From positions 1-28,506 of IMG/VR virus record IMGVR_UViG_3300012041_000054: a DNA stretch of 28,506 bases; one strand, 5' to 3'. The position numbers and the translations under genes are program-made. Positions within the stretch are counted from its first letter, which is position 1. Each line of letters opens with the position of its first letter. The notes under the pieces were generated by a model. It saw only the letters and a list, made by a program, of their open reading frames with translations, was not told where the DNA came from and searched no databases. This stretch comes from a virus (Duplodnaviria > Caudoviricetes). This document shows positions 23,333 through 28,506 of this stretch, piece after piece.

Positions 23333-25537
23333 ATGGCATCGCCGGCTATTCGCGATCAAATCATTACTAGAGGCACATCAGCCTCAGCCACTCCTGTTGT
23401 CAACCTGCCCGCGACTGTGTTTGGCGGGGATACCTTACTGGTCATCTTCAGAAGTTCTGCGGACGGAGCGATAGGGTGGCCGGGGGCTGTTGGTGAGTGG
23501 AACGAGTTAGTCGATGCATCACCCGATGCGGCGACTGGTCAGATCGCCATTGCGTGGAAGCGAGCCGATGGGACTGAAGGCGGCACCACCATTACGCTGT
23601 CGTCTGGAAACGAAAGGTTTGCTGCGGTTGCTTATGCGATTTCTGGGGCCATCGACCCGCTAGCACAGGCTCCTGAAATTTCAACAGTTGCAACTGGGAC
23701 AGGGACTGAGCCAAATGCGACAGCAGTAACGCCGACTGGTGGGTCAAAGGACTATCTCTTCCTCACGACCTACCTCATGGAGGGGGAGCAGACCGGAGTC
23801 ACCACCTATCCTACTGGCTATACATTAGGACAGTTGTGGGCGGATTCCGGCACTGCCGGTGCCGTTACGACGAACGTCACGATTGGTGCAGCAGGAAAAC
23901 AAGCGACAGCGACATCAGACGATGCTGGAGTCTGGGACGTTACCGGCACACTCGACGACTGGTCCGCCTATACCGTTGCCTTCCATCCGAATATCCCGAT
24001 TCCAGCCCCGCTAGCCTTCGCCGCCGCCGCGATGATGGCGACGCCACTCGCGCAGCCACGCCGCCGAACGGGTATCGCGTCTCGCACGATCACGCACAAC
24101 CATCAGACGGTCCTCGCGCCTGAAGCGCCCGTCGAAGGCCAGGGCGTCCAGCGACTCGAAATCTATATTCGGTCCACGCCGCGTAGCTCGACGCAGGCGC
24201 GGACCATCACCCAGAACCTCCTCCTGTCCACGCTCGGGGCGAGTGATGCCACGCTGGAGGCTGGTGAGAACACGATTACGTTCACCGCACCCACAGCGAC
24301 GGCGTCGCCGGGGAACGTGGACGTCAGCGCGGGGGTCAACACCGTCACGTTCACGGCGCCAGACGCCACGCTCATCGAGGGCGGGGTGCCGTTCGTTAAG
24401 ACCTCTTGGCCGAATCCATCCCCGCGACTCAGGTGGCCGACTCCGGCGATTGGGCATAGCCACTTACTCTACGTGCCAGGTGACGCCACGCTGGAAGCTG
24501 GCACGAACACGATCACATTCACGGCGCCAAGTGCAGCCGTCACGACGGAGGTATCGGTAGCCGCTGGCGTCAATACCATTACGTTCACCGCGCCGACCGC
24601 GACGGCGTTTGCCGAGACGAGCCTTGCCGCAGGGGCGAACACCGTCACGTTCTCGGCTCCGACCGCGACAGCCTTCGCGGAAGTGAGCCTTGCCGCGGGC
24701 GCGAATACGGTTACGTTCTCCGCCCCTGACGCGACGCTCATCGACGAGGGCGCCCCATTCCCGTTCTCGCTGAAGGACTGGCCGAATCCCAAGCAGCGCC
24801 CACGCGGGCCGCACATCACGATTCAGACTCGGCCAGCGGTCGATGCCGTAGTTGAACGGCCCTTCGTCCAGTCGGATTGGCCACTCCCGCGGAGAGCGAA
24901 GACCAGGCGTCGAGACCACATCTTCTATTTCGTTTACGACACCTACGATCCGTTCACGAAATACCAGGGCGGCCAGTGGAAGAATCCCGCACGCATGCAC
25001 GGGCGCTCCACGCCCTTTTATGCGTCCAACCTCCTCCAAACAACCTTAGCGGGTAGCGGTGGGAATCAAACGCTCGACGCCGGGACCAATACCGTTACCT
25101 TTACGGCACCGTCGGCCGCGGTCCTCGCTGAGGCGACCCTGTCGGCAGGTGCGAACACCATCACCATCACCGCCCCGACCGCGACGGCCTTCGCCGAGAC
25201 GAGCCTTGCCGCGGGGGCGAACACGGTCACCTTCAGTGCGCCAGATGCCACTGTCGCGAGTGGTGACGTGTCTCTCGCCGCTGGCGTCAACACCGTCACG
25301 TTCACGGCACCGACGGCGACGCTGTTCGCTGATGCGACGCTCGCAGCCGGCGCGAACACCATCACGCTGACGGCGCCCACAGCCACCGCCGTGCCAGGCG
25401 ACACGTCGATCGCGGCAGGGACGCCCACGATCGTGTTCACGGCACCGTTCGCCTTACTGGTTGATTCCAACGCCACGCCTCCGGCACGCGCTACGCGGTA
25501 CGGCTACCGATACCGATACGAATCGAGGGAGTACTAA
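23333..25537 (+). CDS. Repeat-containing fibre-like virion protein
   Basis: N-terminal beta-sandwich similar in style to ORF 22652, then 12 copies of a 22-23 aa repeat interspersed with PF...W(P/K)(N/L)P-Arg-rich segments. Confidence 0.7.
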   Translation: MASPAIRDQIITRGTSASATPVVNLPATVFGGDTLLVIFRSSADGAIGWPGAVGEWNELVDASPDAATGQIAIAWKRADGTEGGTTITLSSGNERFAAVAYAISGAIDPLAQAPEISTVATGTGTEPNATAVTPTGGSKDYLFLTTYLMEGEQTGVTTYPTGYTLGQLWADSGTAGAVTTNVTIGAAGKQATATSDDAGVWDVTGTLDDWSAYTVAFHPNIPIPAPLAFAAAAMMATPLAQPRRRTGIASRTITHNHQTVLAPEAPVEGQGVQRLEIYIRSTPRSSTQARTITQNLLLSTLGASDATLEAGENTITFTAPTATASPGNVDVSAGVNTVTFTAPDATLIEGGVPFVKTSWPNPSPRLRWPTPAIGHSHLLYVPGDATLEAGTNTITFTAPSAAVTTEVSVAAGVNTITFTAPTATAFAETSLAAGANTVTFSAPTATAFAEVSLAAGANTVTFSAPDATLIDEGAPFPFSLKDWPNPKQRPRGPHITIQTRPAVDAVVERPFVQSDWPLPRRAKTRRRDHIFYFVYDTYDPFTKYQGGQWKNPARMHGRSTPFYASNLLQTTLAGSGGNQTLDAGTNTVTFTAPSAAVLAEATLSAGANTITITAPTATAFAETSLAAGANTVTFSAPDATVASGDVSLAAGVNTVTFTAPTATLFADATLAAGANTITLTAPTATAVPGDTSIAAGTPTIVFTAPFALLVDSNATPPARATRYGYRYRYESREY
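24248..25460 (+). repeat. Coding tandem repeats (66-69 bp units; consensus xSLxAGxNTxTFTAPxATx), 12 copies in blocks of 2+4+6
   Basis: Read from the translation. Near-identical DNA copies, e.g. GCCGAGACGAGCCTTGCCGC at ~24611 and ~25193. Confidence 0.85.
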
Positions 25538-25855
25538 ATGCGCCGCTTCGCTGGTCAAACGGTGACGTTCACGGGCAGTGCGCAACGTCTCAGCACAGAC
25601 GACACTGAGACGTTGAATCGCATCGAGTTCCACGTCGATCCGGCAAACACGATGCCGTGCTACGTCGGGTACAGCGACGCGGTGACGTCGGCCGCGTATG
25701 CGGTGCGCTTACCGGCCCCCGACGGGCAGGGCGAGCCGCCGCCACCGTGGCTGATTGAGTTCGATGATCGTCACGCGGTCGCCCTGTCGGATATCTACGT
25801 CATTGGGACGTTGAACGAGAAAGTGCATATCAGCTACATCCGGTGGAGGCCCTAA
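25538..25855 (+). CDS. Small beta-sandwich virion protein (decoration/spike-base-like)
   Basis: PANTMPCYVG...ALSDIYVIG pattern of ~100-aa phage structural proteins. Abuts both neighbours. Confidence 0.55.
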   Translation: MRRFAGQTVTFTGSAQRLSTDDTETLNRIEFHVDPANTMPCYVGYSDAVTSAAYAVRLPAPDGQGEPPPPWLIEFDDRHAVALSDIYVIGTLNEKVHISYIRWRP

Positions 25856-27234
25856 TGGCGATCGACGCTCGGATTCCACTCGGCGTGCAGCCGATGCAGA
25901 TTCGCTCCCCGCTCGCGGCGTATGGCGACGTGGAGCGGCTCCGCGCCATCAAAGACGAGCGCGCCGAACGCGAGGCCATCAGGCGGGAGCGCGAAGAGGC
26001 GCGGCGTGTCGAGCGTGAGGAGCGCGAGTCGGAACGGGCCTATCGCGATCAGGGACGTGCCCGAGAGCAGGCCAAGCGCGACGTGTTCGCGAAGACACCC
26101 CGCAAGGCAGACGGGAGTCTCGATTACTCGCGGCTCTCGGGAGAGGTCGCCGGGCTCGATCCCGAAGCGAGTATCTCGCTCGCGAAGTTCGGACAGCAGG
26201 AAGAGACCGCGAATCTCCAACACCGCAAGGCCCTACTCGAGGAAGACCGCGAACGGCTGGCGTATACCGCCCAGGTCGTTGGGTCCGCGCAGGATCAAGC
26301 CTCATGGGACTCGGCGCTCGCCCGCCTCGCGGAGCGTCGCATTCCAGTCGAAGGCGTGTCACGTGTGTTTGATCCACGGGTGCGCGACCAGATCGTGCAG
26401 CAGGGGATGACCCACGCCGAGCGCGTCAACGCGGAGATGGCGAAGTTGCGCCAGACCGCCAACAAGCAGAAAACCGTGATCGCTTGGAATGGGAAACCCG
26501 TCGAGATATGGGGCGACCCGGATTCAGGCGAGTGGACGCTCCCAGACGGCTCGAAGTCGAGGTCAGTGGCGCACTACGAGAAACCAGAGAGCGGCGGCGG
26601 GAACGATGATGTCGCGGAGCGTCAACTGGCCGCAGACAAGCGCCAGCGCGAACGGGATGCGGACAAGTGGAAGGCTGACGCGATTGCGGATCTGAACAAG
26701 GAGCGCCGCAAACCACCTGTGATCGATCCCAACACTGGCGATATGGCGCCAGCGATGACCGAGACGCAATACCACGACGGGATGCGCGCGATCACCGCCT
26801 CGTGGCGTGAGATGCGCAGCGACGAACCGCCAAAGGTGGATACGTCGCTCGCAGCGGCCTCACGGAACCGCGTGCTGCCTCCGAGTCTGCGCACGGGACC
26901 CGTGCCTCCGGGGAACACGAGACTCGCGACCTACGGGCAACCAGCAGGTCCAGTGGCGCCGCCAGCCCCGCCACCGACTCCGCCGATGGGTCCAGCGAGT
27001 AGCGCCGCAGCGCCCGCGATGCCCCAAGCGAGCACGCCGCCAGCGATGCCGGCGAGTACGGCTCCCTCGACGCCGACGATGAACAGTCCCACGCCGGCCG
27101 CGACGAGTCCGCGTCCCACGCCGCCAGTATCTACTACTCCGGCGCAACAAGGCGAGCTCCGTCCGATTCCCGGCGTGCCTGGTGGTGTCGCGCGCTACGA
27201 CGCGGCGACGGGCAAGTGGCAGCGGGTGCGCTGA
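25855..27234 (+). CDS. DNA ejection / internal virion protein
   Basis: TAATG coupling. MAIDARIPLGVQP...PLAAYG N-terminus, charged coiled coil, AQDQASWD and Pro-rich tail, typical of podovirus ejectosome proteins. Confidence 0.65.
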   Translation: MAIDARIPLGVQPMQIRSPLAAYGDVERLRAIKDERAEREAIRREREEARRVEREERESERAYRDQGRAREQAKRDVFAKTPRKADGSLDYSRLSGEVAGLDPEASISLAKFGQQEETANLQHRKALLEEDRERLAYTAQVVGSAQDQASWDSALARLAERRIPVEGVSRVFDPRVRDQIVQQGMTHAERVNAEMAKLRQTANKQKTVIAWNGKPVEIWGDPDSGEWTLPDGSKSRSVAHYEKPESGGGNDDVAERQLAADKRQRERDADKWKADAIADLNKERRKPPVIDPNTGDMAPAMTETQYHDGMRAITASWREMRSDEPPKVDTSLAAASRNRVLPPSLRTGPVPPGNTRLATYGQPAGPVAPPAPPPTPPMGPASSAAAPAMPQASTPPAMPASTAPSTPTMNSPTPAATSPRPTPPVSTTPAQQGELRPIPGVPGGVARYDAATGKWQRVR

Positions 27235-28506
27235 ATGGGCACACCACGGATTCCTGGCATCGGGGAAGACGTCACCGCCCTGATGGAGATCCCGGCACAG
27301 CCAGTGCCGGAGATCGGCGGAGACGTCACGCACCTGATGGGTCGCCCGTATCTGCCGGGTCCGCAGGTCGACGACGAATCAGGTGCGTTGTCAAGCGGGG
27401 AAACGCGGGTAAACGCGGGGAAAGGCGGGGAATCGTCACAGCCACGGCGGACCGCGGGCGGATCTCTTCGCGATCTCGGCATCGCCATGCTGAACGGCGC
27501 GATAGGCGTCCCAGAGGCCGCGGTGGGCTTGGCTGACCTTGGGCTGCTCTCGGCTGAGTTCGGCGCGCGTGAGTTGTTCCAGGGCCCGGGGCAAGGCGCG
27601 CTCTCAGCCAAGGGCGGCCGGCTCGCTCGAGCACTCGAGCAGGTCGGCTTCCAGCCCGGCGAAGCGCGGAAGATCCTCGGCGGGTTCTACTCCGACGCCC
27701 AGAAGGCGGCGCAAGCCAACGTATCGAACGCCGAGGGCATCCTACCCACGGCCGCGGCGGCTATCCAGAATCCCTCGGTCATTGCCCAGACCGCGATCGA
27801 ATCAGCCCCGTCGATGCTCGGCGGCGCTGGCGTCGCGCGTGGCGTGGCGAAAGCGGCCGGGCCCGTCGCTGCAGCGGCCATCGGCGAGGGTGCGGTCACG
27901 GCCGGCACTGGTGCAGAGCAGGCCCGCCAAGCCTCTGGCGGCGAGATCACCCCAAGACAAGCGGCGATCGCCGGGGTCTCAGGCGCTGTCACAGGTGGTC
28001 TCGGGTTACTCGGCGGCAAACTCGCGCAGAAATTCGGGTTCCCAGACGTCGATGCGCTCCTGGCTGGTGCGCAGCAGAACCCCGCAGCCAAGGGCACGAT
28101 CGTCAAGATGATGGTCGGGGCGGCCGCGCAGGAGGGCCTCCTCGAAGAACTGCCGCAGTCGGTGCAGGAAGCCGTCGCCCAGAACCTCGCGACCGGGCGT
28201 CCAGCGTGGGAGAACGTCGATCAGGAAGCGGTCCTCGGCGCGATTACCGGTGGCGTCATGGGCGGAGGCGGCGGGGCGGTCTCGAGTATGCGCGCTCGCC
28301 GTCCACCGCCAGACGTGCAGCCGGAACTCCCCTACGAGCCGCCACAACGTAATCCACCAGCCGCGCCTCCGGAAACTCCGAATTACGTAGATAGCCAAGC
28401 GGCTGGATCTGTGCCACCGGTCGGAGCGGACGTCACCGACCTGATGGAGGCACCACAACCGGCAGTGGAGGTTCCTCCAGTTCCTCCACCGCCAGTGGTG
28501 GAGGAA
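27235..28506 (+). CDS. Large internal virion / ejection protein, N-terminal part (runs off the window; absent from the ORF track)
   Basis: ATG directly after the previous TGA; 424 codons read by eye with no stop. GVPEAAVGLADL, AIQNPSVIAQTAIESAPSMLGG and EGLLEELPQSVQE...NLATGRP resemble N-termini of large polyvalent / gp16-like proteins. Confidence 0.75.
   Translation, partial: MGTPRIPGIGEDVTALMEIPAQPVPEIGGDVTHLMGRPYLPGPQVDDESGALSSGETRVNAGKGGESSQPRRTAGGSLRDLGIAMLNGAIGVPEAAVGLADLGLLSAEFGARELFQGPGQGALSAKGGRLARALEQVGFQPGEARKILGGFYSDAQKAAQANVSNAEGILPTAAAAIQNPSVIAQTAIESAPSMLGGAGVARGVAKAAGPVAAAAIGEGAVTAGTGAEQARQASGGEITPRQAAIAGVSGAVTGGLGLLGGKLAQKFGFPDVDALLAGAQQNPAAKGTIVKMMVGAAAQEGLLEELPQSVQEAVAQNLATGRPAWENVDQEAVLGAITGGVMGGGGGAVSSMRARRPPPDVQPELPYEPPQRNPPAAPPETPNYVDSQAAGSVPPVGADVTDLMEAPQPAVEVPPVPPPPVVEE

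Noticed and set aside
24248-25460. Periodic 66-69 bp repeats as a possible CRISPR array or DGR template/variable pair
   Set aside because: Repeats are in-frame, vary mostly at synonymous positions and have no unique spacers; no adenine-specific variation and no cas or reverse transcriptase gene in the window.
1-28506. Gene transfer agent or cellular secretion/adhesin locus instead of a phage
   Set aside because: P22-type coat, gp4/gp10-like tail and ejection proteins indicate a podovirus-type virion, unlike known siphovirus-like GTAs. A domesticated prophage cannot be excluded from this window alone.

Overview
A 28.5 kb, GC-rich segment of a tailed dsDNA phage or prophage with a P22-like short-tailed (podovirus-type) virion. 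All credible genes are on the + strand and most are tightly coupled. The conserved core is scaffold (303-1355), P22 gp5-like major capsid (1380-2594), a putative decoration protein, a gp4-like tail adaptor, a gp10-like tail hub, a needle/tip-like protein and four DNA-ejection-type proteins, the last truncated by the window end. Two large accessory blocks (about 3.4-11.2 kb and 16.0-25.9 kb) interrupt this core. The most striking feature is that seven, possibly eight, genes inside the virion operon encode classical Sec signal peptides. By manual count every one has an even number of cysteines in its mature part (2, 8, 10, 24, 2, 2, 4, 10), and several carry fibre, lectin or beta-helix domains. 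This suggests exported, disulfide-bonded virion appendages or host-surface proteins. The second block also holds a GT-A glycosyltransferase, four coupled Zn-finger ORFs, duplicated mini-tailspike-like genes and a 12-repeat fibre-like protein. No tRNA, rRNA, CRISPR, integrase or lysis genes were recognised. All family assignments come from motif recognition by eye, not database searches.
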